Source: Abditibacterium sp. | GTDB taxonomy: Bacteria; Armatimonadota; Abditibacteriia; Abditibacteriales; Abditibacteriaceae | Assembly (NCBI GenBank): GCA_965246885.1 | Contig: OZ251992.1 | Coordinates: forward strand, 1,312,001 to 1,376,000 | Length of the DNA stretch: 64,000 bases | Reading direction: 5' to 3' | Shown: one piece after another, positions 26,439 to 36,340 of the stretch | Layout of the letters: each line of letters starts with the position of its first letter | Numbering within the stretch: position 1 is the first letter of the stretch | Program-made: the position numbers and the translations under genes | The notes under the pieces: generated by a model | What the model saw: the letters and a program-made list of their open reading frames with translations, nothing else | Database searches by the model: none | What the model was told of the DNA's origin: nothing

Positions 26439-28382
26439 TCACTCCCCCAAACGCTCCAGATTCTCCCGCACCATTTGGCGCAGTCTTTCGGGGTCGAAGG
26501 GTTTGGACAGAACGGGGCGGGCGGCGCGTTGGAGGAACTCTTGGGTGGATTGGCTCATGGTGTCGCCGGTGACGAAGAGGACTTTGATGAGCAGGTCGGG
26601 GCGCGTGGTTTGGAGGATCTCGAAAAAGGTTGGGCCGCCGACTGCGGGCATGCGGACATCGGACAAAATCAGGTCGTAATCGCCCGCGCTCAGGAGGGCG
26701 AGGGCTTCGGCGCCGTTGAAGGCGGGCGTGACGCGGTGGCCGTCGAGCGCGAGGATTTCGGTCATCAGCGTGATTACGGGTTCTTCGTCGTCCACGACGA
26801 GGATGTGCGCGGAGGATGCGTGTTCGCCTTCTTCAAAGCGGGCGAGGTCTTGGCCGTCGGCGCCAAGGGTGCCTTCGCCCGCGCCGCCGGGGAGTTCGAT
26901 CACAAAGCGCGCGCCGTGCCCCAAACGGCTTTCGGCCCACAGGAGGCCGTCGTGGTTCGAGATGATGCGAAGCGAAATGCTCATGCCAAGGCCGGTGCCT
27001 TCGCCGGTCGGTTTGGTGGTGAAGAACGGGTCGAAGACGCGGCGCAGATGTTCGGGCGCGATGCCGGGGCCGTTGTCCTCGATTGAAATGCGCGCCGCGA
27101 CTTGGCCTTGCATTGTCGTGGCGCGCGTTTGGATGCGGATTTCGCCCGAACCGCGCCACGAGTGAATCGCTTGCGCCGCGTTGTTGAGGACGTTCAGCAC
27201 GACCTGTTGCAATTGCAAGGCGTCACCCCAAATCGGCGGCAGGTCGGGCGCGAGGTCTAAGAGGAGGCGCACATCGTCGGTTTGCAGTTGGTAGCGGCGC
27301 ATTTCGAGCGCGGCTTCGACGACTTCGTTGACGACGACGAACTGCTTTTCAGGGCTGGAGCGGCGCGCATACGAGAGCAGATTCGAGACGATGTTCGAGG
27401 CGCGCGTCGCTTCGGAATGGATGGTGGTGACTTTGCGCCGCACGCCCTCGGACAGCGTTTTGTCCATGCCCAATAGTTCGGCGTAGCCCACGACGGTGGC
27501 GAGCGGGTTGTTCAGTTCGTGCGCGACGCCGGATGTTAATTCGCCCAGCGCCGCCAGCTTTTCGGATTGCAGCAGTTGCTCTTGCAAGCGGCGCGACTCG
27601 GTGACATCGTGGAGGACGCACAAGCGGCGCCCGCCGTCGCCGCGCGCGCGGTCGAGCAGGGGGTTGCCGATGTTGACGCCCGTCGCGTGAAGCTCGAAGG
27701 CCATCTCGACAAACACGCGGTCGGGTTGCCCGCACCGGAACTCGGTGGTTTGCGGCGACAAATGAAGCGGCCCGATGTCGAGCGGTTGCCAAGCGCGCAG
27801 CACGTTGTATTCGGGCAGAAGTGCCCACAGGTCGTCGCGGCGGCGGCCCAGCACATCGGCGATTTCGTGGCCGAGCATCGAAGCCAAAGCGCGGTTGGCG
27901 CGAAGGATAACGCCGTTTTCGTCGCAGACATACACGCCGTCTATCATGCCGTCGAGCATGGCTTGCCACTCGCGCTTGATGTATTGCAGTTGCTCGAACA
28001 AGCGCGTTTTGGCGGCACTGGCGGCGATCTGCTCGCAAAAAGCGTCCATCTGGGCGCGCAAGTCGGCGTCCATCGGCGCGTTTTGCGGCCACAAGAGGGA
28101 CAACTGCCCCAAGTCGTTTCCGTCGCGCCGGAGCGCCCAGTGTTTCCACTGCGACCCGTTCGCCCCACTCTCTCCCTCTTCCGCCGTCAACGACAACGGC
28201 GCGGGCGCGCTTTGTGTCGTCGAAGCGGGCGAATCGAATTCATCTGCCGTGAGCGAGAGCGTGCCCGCGACCGCGCCCGACAACGCGAGCGCGCCGCGTA
28301 GCGCCACCTCTTGCAAACGAGCGAGCGTGGGCGCCGCCACGACTTCGAGCGTGAGGCGAGTCCAGAGGGGGAAATTGAACAT
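26439..28382 (-). CDS. Hybrid sensor histidine kinase (GAF-like, PAS, HisKA, HATPase_c, receiver)
   Basis: SEKLAALGELTSGVAHELNNPL, DNGPGI, FDPFFTTK...GTGLGMS, ILVVDDE, DVRMP, KPF. Confidence 0.95.
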   Translation of the reverse strand: MFNFPLWTRLTLEVVAAPTLARLQEVALRGALALSGAVAGTLSLTADEFDSPASTTQSAPAPLSLTAEEGESGANGSQWKHWALRRDGNDLGQLSLLWPQNAPMDADLRAQMDAFCEQIAASAAKTRLFEQLQYIKREWQAMLDGMIDGVYVCDENGVILRANRALASMLGHEIADVLGRRRDDLWALLPEYNVLRAWQPLDIGPLHLSPQTTEFRCGQPDRVFVEMAFELHATGVNIGNPLLDRARGDGGRRLCVLHDVTESRRLQEQLLQSEKLAALGELTSGVAHELNNPLATVVGYAELLGMDKTLSEGVRRKVTTIHSEATRASNIVSNLLSYARRSSPEKQFVVVNEVVEAALEMRRYQLQTDDVRLLLDLAPDLPPIWGDALQLQQVVLNVLNNAAQAIHSWRGSGEIRIQTRATTMQGQVAARISIEDNGPGIAPEHLRRVFDPFFTTKPTGEGTGLGMSISLRIISNHDGLLWAESRLGHGARFVIELPGGAGEGTLGADGQDLARFEEGEHASSAHILVVDDEEPVITLMTEILALDGHRVTPAFNGAEALALLSAGDYDLILSDVRMPAVGGPTFFEILQTTRPDLLIKVLFVTGDTMSQSTQEFLQRAARPVLSKPFDPERLRQMVRENLERLGE

Positions 28383-28395
28383 GGGTTACGACGGC

Positions 28396-28524
28396 AGCGC
28401 GTCCGGCAGGACGCTTGGGCGCTTGCGCCCGGATGCCGGTGATTTTATATCACCGTTGGTGGGCATCATCGGGGGTATAAAACCCCCGGCATCCGGCTTC
28501 GCCAAGCGTCCTGCCGGACGCGCT
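28396..28524. repeat. REPIN family A copy 4
   Basis: Same architecture as 1016-1142, with compensatory stem changes. Confidence 0.88.
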
Positions 28525-28574
28525 ACTCTGAATCCTTCGACAAGTGCAACGATTTCGCGTTTGGCCGCGCGCCG

Positions 28575-29576
28575 TCAGGAAGCGCGAGGCGGCGCCCACT
28601 CCAGCACCAAGCGGACGAACTCTTCGGGTGCGTCGAGTTGCGGGATCTGCAGGGCGTTTTCCACCACGCGCAGCGACACGTCGGGGCGGAGCGCGCCCCA
28701 TTCGCTCGCTTTGTCGAAGCCGCGCGCGTGGCGGCCCCATATCAGGAGGGCGGGCACGCTGGAAGCGCGCCACAGTTCGCGCCAAGGCAGGGCGAAGCGG
28801 CCTTCGAGCAAGGCGATTTGCGCGCGGTGCGCGCCGGGTTGGTGGGCCGTCGTGTGCCACAAGCGCGCTTCCGACTCGACGCGCCCTTTGTCCCACAGCG
28901 CAAACTCGCGCGCTTCGCGCTCGAAGTGGGCGCGGGAGCGCCACCAGTTCAACACGGCCTTCCCGACAACAGGCAGCGCGAGCAAGCGCGAGTTCAGTTC
29001 GCGGTGCGCCAAAAACTCGGCGCGCTCGGTGTGGCGCGGCTCGTCGGGCGCGCTGGCGTCGGGGCAGACCAAAACCAGTCCGGCGATGCCGCCGTCTTTC
29101 GTCGCTTCAAGGGCCAAAGGCGCCGCGCCGCCGTGCGCGACGACGACAGCGCCCTCGCCCACGATGTCGCGCAGGAAGTCGCGTAGTTGCGCGCCGAACT
29201 CGCGGGCGTTCAAGCCTTCCGGGTTCGGGTCGGACAAGCCGAAGCCTTGCCAATCGAGAGCGTAGACCGTGAAATGGTCGGCGAAACGGTCGAAGACCGC
29301 GCGCCACGACGCGCTGGACTGGCCGGGATCAAGCGAATGAACCAAAACAAGTGGCGGCCCATCGCCCGCGACGACATACGCCAAATCGCCAAAGCGCGCC
29401 GGATAGCGCCCGAACAGCCCGTTAAGGCGCGGCCCCAACGGAGGAGTGCGCGCTTCGATGAGCGCATTGACGGCAGCAACCGCGCCGACCGAAAGCGCGG
29501 CGGCGCCCACCAACCACCGCAGCACGGTCAGGATGGGAGCAAGGGACGAGTTATGTTGGGAAGGCGATTGCGACAT
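28575..29576 (-). CDS. Alpha/beta hydrolase fold protein with N-terminal TM helix, catalytic motif degenerate
   Basis: GPPLVLVH, YALDWQGFGLSD, PALLIWG; GxSxG is replaced by VAHGG. Confidence 0.8.
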   Translation of the reverse strand: MSQSPSQHNSSLAPILTVLRWLVGAAALSVGAVAAVNALIEARTPPLGPRLNGLFGRYPARFGDLAYVVAGDGPPLVLVHSLDPGQSSASWRAVFDRFADHFTVYALDWQGFGLSDPNPEGLNAREFGAQLRDFLRDIVGEGAVVVAHGGAAPLALEATKDGGIAGLVLVCPDASAPDEPRHTERAEFLAHRELNSRLLALPVVGKAVLNWWRSRAHFEREAREFALWDKGRVESEARLWHTTAHQPGAHRAQIALLEGRFALPWRELWRASSVPALLIWGRHARGFDKASEWGALRPDVSLRVVENALQIPQLDAPEEFVRLVLEWAPPRAS

Positions 29577-29690
29577 GGAAGTGAACTCACTTTACCAACT
29601 CGCGCGGGAAGGCGTCGGACATCCAAGGGGAACCCCTGCGACAACGGGCACCCGCTTTGCGATAACATGGTATGTCGTTTCACGCAGCAA

Positions 29691-30197
29691 ATGAAAATCA
29701 CACACCGTTTCAACACCAACTCCGCCCTTCGCGGCGGCAACTACTTCGTGCTGGCCTCCCTGCTCGTGCCCCTCGCCGGTTGCGGTGGCAAGGGCGCCGA
29801 CAGCGCTCCGCCACCCTCTTCCAGCATGCCCTCCGGCCCACCGCCGGGCGCGATGCAACCCGCCGCCAACAAGCCCAGCTTGGGCCTTTCGACCAAGCAA
29901 AAGGTCGTGTTGCTCGCCGGAGCCGCCGCGCTTTACTACTACTACCAGAAGTCCAAGAAGGAGACGGCTGCCAAGTACGCGGGGCAGAACATCCAGTACT
30001 ATTTGTCCAAGAACGGTGGCATCTACTACCGCGACCCGCAGTCCCATCAGGCCATCTTCGTCACGGCCCCGACCAAGACCGTCGAAGTTCCCCCTGCCGA
30101 AGCGCAACAATACGCGCAGATTCAGGGCTACAACAACCAAACGACCGGCAACGGCCTCGACTACTACTTCAAGCCCGCCCCCGGTGGCGGCGCGTAA
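29691..30197 (+). CDS. Hypothetical lipoprotein
   Basis: LAGC lipobox; KVVLLAGAAALYYYY, YYLSKNGGIYYRD; typical codon usage. Confidence 0.7.
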   Translation: MKITHRFNTNSALRGGNYFVLASLLVPLAGCGGKGADSAPPPSSSMPSGPPPGAMQPAANKPSLGLSTKQKVVLLAGAAALYYYYQKSKKETAAKYAGQNIQYYLSKNGGIYYRDPQSHQAIFVTAPTKTVEVPPAEAQQYAQIQGYNNQTTGNGLDYYFKPAPGGGA

Positions 30198-30215
30198 GGC
30201 GCAAGGAACTTTACT

Positions 30216-30650
30216 ATGAATCCACTCGATCTTCTTTTTGGCCAAGTCGCTGGCGCCGTCCAGCAGCACGCCGACCCCAACACCCCCGGCCCCGCTTACG
30301 ACTCTAATCCCGTCTTGGGTGCTCTGTCAAACATCTTCCAAAGCCACGCCCAGCAAAGTGGGCAACAGTTTTCCGGCTACCAACAGGGCCAGCAATACGA
30401 GAATCATGGCCCCAACATCGGCTCCATGCTTGGCGGTCTGCTTGGCGGCGGCGCCCTTGGTGCTCTCGCGGGCGGTTTGCTCGGCGGGCATGGTGGCGGC
30501 GGCGGGCAACAGGGCGGCTACGGCAACGTGCAAGACGCTTCTCAAGACCCCTACGGCGACCCCGCCAGCCAAGGTGCGGGCGGCGGCTCGTTCGGCAACG
30601 TTTTGGACGCCTCCCGCGACCCCTACGGCGACCCCGCCGACCAACGCTAA
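30216..30650 (+). CDS. Gly/Gln-rich hypothetical protein with repeated ASxDPYGDPA motif
   Basis: Two DAS(Q/R)DPYGDPA repeats; RBS present; followed by a terminator. Confidence 0.75.
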   Translation: MNPLDLLFGQVAGAVQQHADPNTPGPAYDSNPVLGALSNIFQSHAQQSGQQFSGYQQGQQYENHGPNIGSMLGGLLGGGALGALAGGLLGGHGGGGGQQGGYGNVQDASQDPYGDPASQGAGGGSFGNVLDASRDPYGDPADQR

Positions 30651-30666
30651 AAACAGAGCAAAACAC

Positions 30667-30697
30667 AAAAGCCCCCCGCCGGAAGCGGAGGGCTTTT
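30667..30697. terminator. Bidirectional intrinsic terminator
   Basis: AAAAGCCCCCCGC-CGGAA-GCGGAGGGCTTTT between convergent genes. Confidence 0.75.
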
Positions 30698-30715
30698 CTC
30701 CTAAATCCAAGGGAA

Positions 30716-30880
30716 TTAGGTGGTTGTGTTCATGGCGTTGGCCGAGGTGTTGAAGGTGTTCTTGATCTTGGCGCCCAAGAGAGTCAAGACGCCGATGACG
30801 ACGAGGGCGATGAGCGAGATGAGCAGGCCATACTCGACGAGGGTCTGGCCCTCTTCTTCTTGCAAAAACTGTTTGATCAT
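30716..30880 (-). CDS. Flp family type IVb pilin (54 aa; absent from the ORF track)
   Basis: MIKQFLQEEEGQTLVEYGLLISLIALVVIGVLTLLGAKIKNTFNTSANAMNTTT*: G|QTLVEY Flp motif; AAGGA RBS. Confidence 0.92.
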   Translation of the reverse strand: MIKQFLQEEEGQTLVEYGLLISLIALVVIGVLTLLGAKIKNTFNTSANAMNTTT

Positions 30881-30996
30881 GTGGGTGGTTGTCCTTGCCC
30901 CGAAGGGCGCAAATTTTCGCTTTGAGCGGGCTGGGGTCGCTGCCCCGTGCCTCCGCCTCGGCTACACCTGATGTAGAACCGTTTTGGCCACTGGAT

Positions 30997-31032
30997 AAAA
31001 GAGCGCGCCCGAATTATCGGGCGCGCTCTTTT
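30997..31032 (-). terminator. Intrinsic terminator after moeB
   Basis: AAAAGAGCGCGCCCGA-ATTA-TCGGGCGCGCTCTTTT. Confidence 0.8.
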
Positions 31033-31048
31033 GTTGCGTTGCCGTTGC

Positions 31049-32206
31049 CTAATAACGCGGTATGGAATCATCTACCGTGTTCGACCACGAGTCAATGCCC
31101 CCTGCCATGTTCTTGAGCTTCGTGAAGCCGAGCTTTTGCAGACCGGCGATGGCTTTTTGGCTACGCGTTCCGTGATGGCAATACACGACGGTGTTGTCCG
31201 CCGTATCCAGTTCGTTGACGCGCGTGAGCAGGTCATCGAGCGGGATGTGCTTGGCCCCGGCGAGGTGCGTTATCTGCCACTCTTCGGGACTTCGCACGTC
31301 GAGCAGCGTTATCTTCTCGCCGGAGTCCATCAGCGCCTTCACGCCCCGCGCCGACAGTTGCTCGATAGCGCTCGACGGCGTTTCCTGCGCCTCCTCGCTC
31401 GTGCCGTAGCCGCACAAGAAGCGGTACTCCTCGGCGGGGAGCAGCGATTTTATCGTCGCCTGCGGGCCGCAGATGGGACATTCCGGGTCTTTGCGTATCT
31501 TGAACGTCTTGAACGTCATCGCCAAGGCGTCGTACGTTAACAGCCGCCCGATGAGCGGGTTGCCGCGCCCCATAACCAGCTTAATTGCCTCGGTTGCTTG
31601 GATGGTGCCGACGACGCCCGGCAAAATCCCTAAGACCCCCCCTTCAGCGCACGAGGGCACCATCCCCGGCGGCGGCGGCGTCGGATACATGCACCGGTAG
31701 CACGGCCCATCCGGGTCGCAAAACACGGTCGCTTGCCCGTCGAAGCGGAAAATGGAGCCATACACGTTCATCTTCTTGTTGAGCACGCAAGCATCGTTGA
31801 CGATGTAACGCGTCTCGAAGTTGTCCGTCCCGTCCACGACTAAATCGTGCGAAGCCACTAACTCCATCACGTTCTCCGTCGAGACTGCATCTTGAATGGC
31901 GTTGATCTTGACGAAGGGATTGACCTCGTTCATGCGCTTTTTGGCGGACTCGACCTTGGGCACGCCCACGCTGGAGGTGTCATGCAGGATTTGGCGCTGC
32001 AAGTTGGACACGTCCACCGTGTCGGGGTCGAGGATAGTGATCTCGCCGATGCCCGACGCCGCCAAATAGAGGCCGGACGGCGAGCCTAATCCGCCCGCGC
32101 CTATCATCAGTATCTTGGCGGCCTTGAGTTTTTCCTGTCCCTCCACGCCCACTTCGGGCATGATGAGGTGGCGCCCATAGCGCATAATTTCTTGATTGTT
32201 GAGCAT
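31049..32206 (-). CDS. moeB: MoeB/ThiF adenylyltransferase fused to rhodanese (MoeZ-like)
   Basis: RYGRHL, GAGGLG, SNLQRQ, CYRC, PSCAEGGVLG, C-terminal YCHHGTRS. Confidence 0.92.
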   Translation of the reverse strand: MLNNQEIMRYGRHLIMPEVGVEGQEKLKAAKILMIGAGGLGSPSGLYLAASGIGEITILDPDTVDVSNLQRQILHDTSSVGVPKVESAKKRMNEVNPFVKINAIQDAVSTENVMELVASHDLVVDGTDNFETRYIVNDACVLNKKMNVYGSIFRFDGQATVFCDPDGPCYRCMYPTPPPPGMVPSCAEGGVLGILPGVVGTIQATEAIKLVMGRGNPLIGRLLTYDALAMTFKTFKIRKDPECPICGPQATIKSLLPAEEYRFLCGYGTSEEAQETPSSAIEQLSARGVKALMDSGEKITLLDVRSPEEWQITHLAGAKHIPLDDLLTRVNELDTADNTVVYCHHGTRSQKAIAGLQKLGFTKLKNMAGGIDSWSNTVDDSIPRY

Positions 32207-32320
32207 ATAGTCTGTTCCTTAGATGGCGGGAGCATTGGAAACACGCCCCGCTTTCCCCGCCGTTCCGCTTTGTCTATCTGGTGGGTGGTTTAAGATGGCG
32301 CACTTGGCGCGTTCTTTCCG

Positions 32321-32465
32321 CCCAGCGACTAAAGTCGCGGGCAACCTACGGCGAAGTCGGCTTGCGCACATTAACCCCAATTGGAAGAAAAGACCCATGC
32401 CGTTTGCGCTTACAGTCGGCGCAGGCCGACTTCGCCGTAGGTTGCCCGCGACTTTAGTCGCTGGG
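32321..32465. repeat. REPIN family B: inverted repeat with arms of about 47 bp
   Basis: CCCAGCGACTAAAGTCGCGGGCAACCTACGGCGAAGTCGGCTTGCGC ... GCGCAGGCCGACTTCGCCGTAGGTTGCCCGCGACTTTAGTCGCTGGG. Confidence 0.88.
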
Positions 32466-32484
32466 CCAAGAGAGGAGATTGGTA

Positions 32485-34089
32485 TCAAGGCCGCACCGTC
32501 GCCGCGCGCGGTTTGACGAAGGCGCGCAGTTGGAGCGCCATCACCGCCGCGACCAGCATAATCGCCGCGCCCAACACGAACGGCGCCCCCGCCGCGAAGT
32601 AGGTGAACGCGATTCCCCCCATGTTCGGCCCCACGATGCGGCCCAGACTCTGCGTGGATTGGAACACGCCCAGCACTTCGCCGCGCTCCTGTTCCGGCGA
32701 GAACTGCGACACCAGCGACGTGAGGACGGGCGTTGAAATGCCGTTGCCCAGCGTCAAAATGGCGCACGCGAGGTATTGCCCCCACACCTGATGCGGCAAA
32801 ATTTTGGCGACCAACGCTACGCTAAGCAGCCCTAACGCCATAATCACCGTCCCCGCGATGACAAGGGGTACCTCGCCCACCTTCTGCGGGAGCGTGCGCA
32901 TCAAACCACCTTGAATCAGGAGCGATAAAATGCCAATCACCCCGAAAATGCGCCCGACGACCTGCGCCGATGCCGGTCGCACCAGCAGTTTTTCGACGTG
33001 GCGCCACGATAACCCATCGGGCGGCGCCGTCGTAGTGCGCGCCGCCACGCCTTGCGGCCCGTTATAATCGCCACCGTACGCGGCGGCATAGGGCGTGGTC
33101 GCGTCGCTTGCGCCCGCCGGGACGAGGGCGCCGCCCTCGCCTGAGGGAACCGATGTCTTGGCATCGGCACCCGCATACGTGCGCGCGCGCGCAACCGCCC
33201 CGGCAGGGTCGCGCTGAATCGCTTGTTGCACGGCAGGGCGTGTGTACTCTTTGAGGATGTAAACGGCGTAGATGCCTTGCAGCGTGGCAAAGGCCGTCGT
33301 CGCCAAGAAGCCAATCAGCACCACCGTGTTGAGCCGGGGAATCGAAAGCGCCTTGGTGTAGCCCGCAATGGGCGAGGGCGCCGGGGGCTTGGCCATGTTC
33401 GCCGCCCTAATTTGCGGCGACAGCGTTTCCGGGAGGTAGCGCGACGCCAAAATGAAGTTGAGCACGCCCAACGAAAGGGAGAACATCCCCAAGCCGAAGT
33501 TGCCGCCCCATGCGCCGGGAAGGTGCGTTAGCTCCGAGCCGATGAGCGGCCCGATGGCGAAGGCGATGCCGAACGTGGCGCCGAACAAGCCGAAGGTCTT
33601 CGAGCGTTGTTCGGGCGGCGTGATGTCCGACAGATACGCCTGCGCCGTCGAAATGTTACCGCCGGTAATGCCGTCCAAGATGCGCGCCAGAAACAGCATC
33701 GGCAACGAGTGCGCGAGCGCGAAAACGACATAGCCCACCGCCGTCCCGAAGATGGACACCATCAAAATCGGGCGCCGTCCGTGCCGGTCGCTTAAGCGGC
33801 CCCACACCGGTGTAAACAAGAACCCCATCAGGGAAAAGACGGACGCCAACATCCCCGTCGTGAACGGCGACGCGCCGAACTGCGCCGCATACACTGCCAA
33901 TTGCGGGATGATAATCGAAAAGCCGAGGATGTCAAGGAAAATGGTCAGCAGAATCGTCCACTTGGCTTTTTGACGCGCGGCGTCGTCCATCCACACGGCG
34001 GCATCGGACGCAGGAGGCAGGTCGGGGGCGGGAGAGGGCGCCGCGCCGGTCGGAGACGAAAGCGGTGCGGAGGAAGAAGAGTCGGGCAT
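32485..34089 (-). CDS. MFS transporter (TetA/DHA1-like)
   Basis: WGRLSDRHGRRP motif A, ARILDGITGGN, AYLSDIT; about 12 TM segments. Confidence 0.9.
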   Translation of the reverse strand: MPDSSSSAPLSSPTGAAPSPAPDLPPASDAAVWMDDAARQKAKWTILLTIFLDILGFSIIIPQLAVYAAQFGASPFTTGMLASVFSLMGFLFTPVWGRLSDRHGRRPILMVSIFGTAVGYVVFALAHSLPMLFLARILDGITGGNISTAQAYLSDITPPEQRSKTFGLFGATFGIAFAIGPLIGSELTHLPGAWGGNFGLGMFSLSLGVLNFILASRYLPETLSPQIRAANMAKPPAPSPIAGYTKALSIPRLNTVVLIGFLATTAFATLQGIYAVYILKEYTRPAVQQAIQRDPAGAVARARTYAGADAKTSVPSGEGGALVPAGASDATTPYAAAYGGDYNGPQGVAARTTTAPPDGLSWRHVEKLLVRPASAQVVGRIFGVIGILSLLIQGGLMRTLPQKVGEVPLVIAGTVIMALGLLSVALVAKILPHQVWGQYLACAILTLGNGISTPVLTSLVSQFSPEQERGEVLGVFQSTQSLGRIVGPNMGGIAFTYFAAGAPFVLGAAIMLVAAVMALQLRAFVKPRAATVRP

Positions 34090-34107
34090 GAAAAACGAAG
34101 GAAAAGG

Positions 34108-35367
34108 TTAGCAAGCCGCTCGCCGTTTCTCCATCACCACGATATATTCCCGGCTCATCGTCGCTTCGAGGGCGCCGACGATGTTCGTGGGGCTGTTGCG
34201 CGCGGGCATGCGTTTGCCGGGAATGGCGCGAGTGTGCGTCGCTTGCCACGCGAAGCCGTGCGCCTCGAAAGCGCACTTTACCGCGTCGTCGGTTGGGAGT
34301 TCCACGCCCTTCACGCGGCGGTTGCCCACCACATAACAAACGTGACCGCCCATGCGCACCTTGGCCGCCACATGCGCGATGGAATCTTCCAAGTCCGCGT
34401 AGAAGGCCGCAACCTCTTCGCCGCGCCGCGCGTCCACCGTTTCAACGGCGCGAAGCGCCGCTTCTAAGGTAGGCGACGCAAAGCCCCGCTTCCCTTTTAG
34501 CGCGCGCCCGCCCATCAGCTTGCGGTCAACGCCCTCCAACTCCGCGAATCCCAACCACGCCGAAGACAGCCGCGAATACTGCCCATAAGCGACGGTCGTT
34601 GTCGAATCGCCATACGGCGGCGAGGTGAGCACCAAATCCACCGAGCCATCGGCTAACGCCGCGTCGGGAACCCCCTCGACCGTATTGAAAGCGCAAACCC
34701 GCAACTCCCCCGCGCACGGCACGCGCGCCATCTGAGCCAAAAAGTCCCGCAAACCCGCTAAGTTGCGGCGCACCTTGGCGCGCATGAGCGCGAACACGTC
34801 GGGTGAGAATTGCTCCAAGTCGCTCGCGCTTTTGCGGTACAGCTTGAACTCGTGCGGGCGCGTGTTGGAGCTTTCTCGCACCGTCTCGCTCCACGCCACC
34901 TGAAAAAAGCGCCGTACGTCCGCGTCCTCAACCGTTCCAATCCACGCCCCAATGTGCGCCAAGGGCGCCGACACGCGCGGCGCAAACCAAAACTCCAAGC
35001 GCGCTATCCCCGGCACGCTTTGCGGCGCATCTCCAACGGGCAAAGCCAAATGCGCTTCCAGCCGCTTCATTGCCGCCTCGACTGCATCGGGCGAAACAAC
35101 GCTCGCTTTGGCGTGCGCAATCAATCGCGCGAGCGGGTTCAAGTCCGTGCCCACCACATTCATCCCCGCTAAACGCCCCTCCACAAGAGAAGTGCCCGTC
35201 CCACAATACGGGTCGAACAGCACCCCGCCCGCCACCCCGAATTGCCCCAACAACCGCCGCGCCACTTGGGGAATCATGCGCGCCGGATAATCGTGGTAGC
35301 AGTGCGTGATGTCGCGCGTGTTGGCACGGGCAAACGTCCACTCGTCGGCGTCGTCTTCGCTCGTCAC
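34108..35367 (-). CDS. Amino-DNA methyltransferase (probably N4-cytosine), orphan
   Basis: HDYPARMIP, FDPYCGTGT (motif I) N-terminal to LTSPPYGDS (motif IV). Confidence 0.88.
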   Translation of the reverse strand: MTSEDDADEWTFARANTRDITHCYHDYPARMIPQVARRLLGQFGVAGGVLFDPYCGTGTSLVEGRLAGMNVVGTDLNPLARLIAHAKASVVSPDAVEAAMKRLEAHLALPVGDAPQSVPGIARLEFWFAPRVSAPLAHIGAWIGTVEDADVRRFFQVAWSETVRESSNTRPHEFKLYRKSASDLEQFSPDVFALMRAKVRRNLAGLRDFLAQMARVPCAGELRVCAFNTVEGVPDAALADGSVDLVLTSPPYGDSTTTVAYGQYSRLSSAWLGFAELEGVDRKLMGGRALKGKRGFASPTLEAALRAVETVDARRGEEVAAFYADLEDSIAHVAAKVRMGGHVCYVVGNRRVKGVELPTDDAVKCAFEAHGFAWQATHTRAIPGKRMPARNSPTNIVGALEATMSREYIVVMEKRRAAC

Positions 35368-35906
35368 GGCTCCTCCGTTTCCGCTTCGCCCTCAAACTCC
35401 AAACGCAGCGTTTTGTAGGATAGATACAGCCTTAGGGGATTGTGCGGGGAGGCGATCATATCGAACCGTTCGTAGAACGCTTTGGCTTCCTCGTCTTTGG
35501 CGTCCACGACGAAAAAGCGCACGGGCGCGGCTCCGGCTTGCATCACGGCCCATGTGCGGCGCAAAGCATCAGTGAACAGCGAACGCCCCAAACCGCGCCC
35601 TTGAAACTCCTTGTCAATGGCAAAGCGAGCCATCAGCATCGCCGGGATAGAGGATGGCATCCCGCGCCCCAGCTTTTTGGGCGCCTCGGCTTGTAGCGTT
35701 GCGCTGTGGGCAAGGGTGTAATACCCAACGACGCGGGCGCCAACCGTCGCCACATACGTGCGCGACAGCATGGCATTTTGCTTGTCGAGCGCGTGCCGCT
35801 TCAGGAACTCATCGAGAGACGGCTTGCCACAATCGAAAGCGGACACCTCATGCCCGGCGTGGAGTGTTTGCGGCGCTTGAAGGTCAAACATCTTCCGTTT
35901 GGGCAT
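35364..35906 (-). CDS. GNAT acetyltransferase toxin (AtaT/TacT-like)
   Basis: FDCGKPSLDEFL, VVGYYTL, PAMLMARFAID...QGRGLG, VVDAKDEEAKAFYERF. Confidence 0.9.
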   Translation of the reverse strand: MPKRKMFDLQAPQTLHAGHEVSAFDCGKPSLDEFLKRHALDKQNAMLSRTYVATVGARVVGYYTLAHSATLQAEAPKKLGRGMPSSIPAMLMARFAIDKEFQGRGLGRSLFTDALRRTWAVMQAGAAPVRFFVVDAKDEEAKAFYERFDMIASPHNPLRLYLSYKTLRLEFEGEAETEEP

Positions 35907-36186
35907 CCCAGACCGGCGTTTGCGCCAACGCCGCGCGTAGGCGTGGGGCGGGTGTGGCCGGTTCGTCCATGACTTGATAGAGCCATGCGAGTTCTTCGGG
36001 AGATACGAGGATGCGGCTCTCTTGTTCGATGACTTGTTGGGCGGCGCTCAAGGAGGCTTGCAACACGAACTGGCTGACGTTCATGTGCTGCGCGGTGGCG
36101 GCGCGCGCGAGCACGGATTTTTGACCCGAATTGGCGCGGATGGAAAGTCGCTCTTCTTTTTGAGAGGTGGCGGCGATGCGGGACAT
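35884..36186 (-). CDS. DUF1778 RHH antitoxin (AtaR/TacA-like)
   Basis: KEERLSIRA...LARAA...VSQFVL...A..VI...P.PRLRAAL; overlaps the GNAT start. Confidence 0.88.
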   Translation of the reverse strand: MSRIAATSQKEERLSIRANSGQKSVLARAATAQHMNVSQFVLQASLSAAQQVIEQESRILVSPEELAWLYQVMDEPATPAPRLRAALAQTPVWDAQTEDV

Positions 36187-36340
36187 GGCGAAATTCTTTA
36201 TTTTGATTTTAGCAAAATGTGCGTCCATTGGCCATCCGCTAATCAGTATGCGGTGCGGCTGTCCGTTGTCACTTTTCAAGGCGTTCTCTTCGCGTAAGGG
36301 AGGTCGGCGACTCGGTAACAGGCCTCTGTCACTGGCCGAC

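Noticed and set aside
30881..30990. c-di-GMP riboswitch upstream of the Flp pilin
   Set aside because: I could not match class I or class II consensus motifs by eye.
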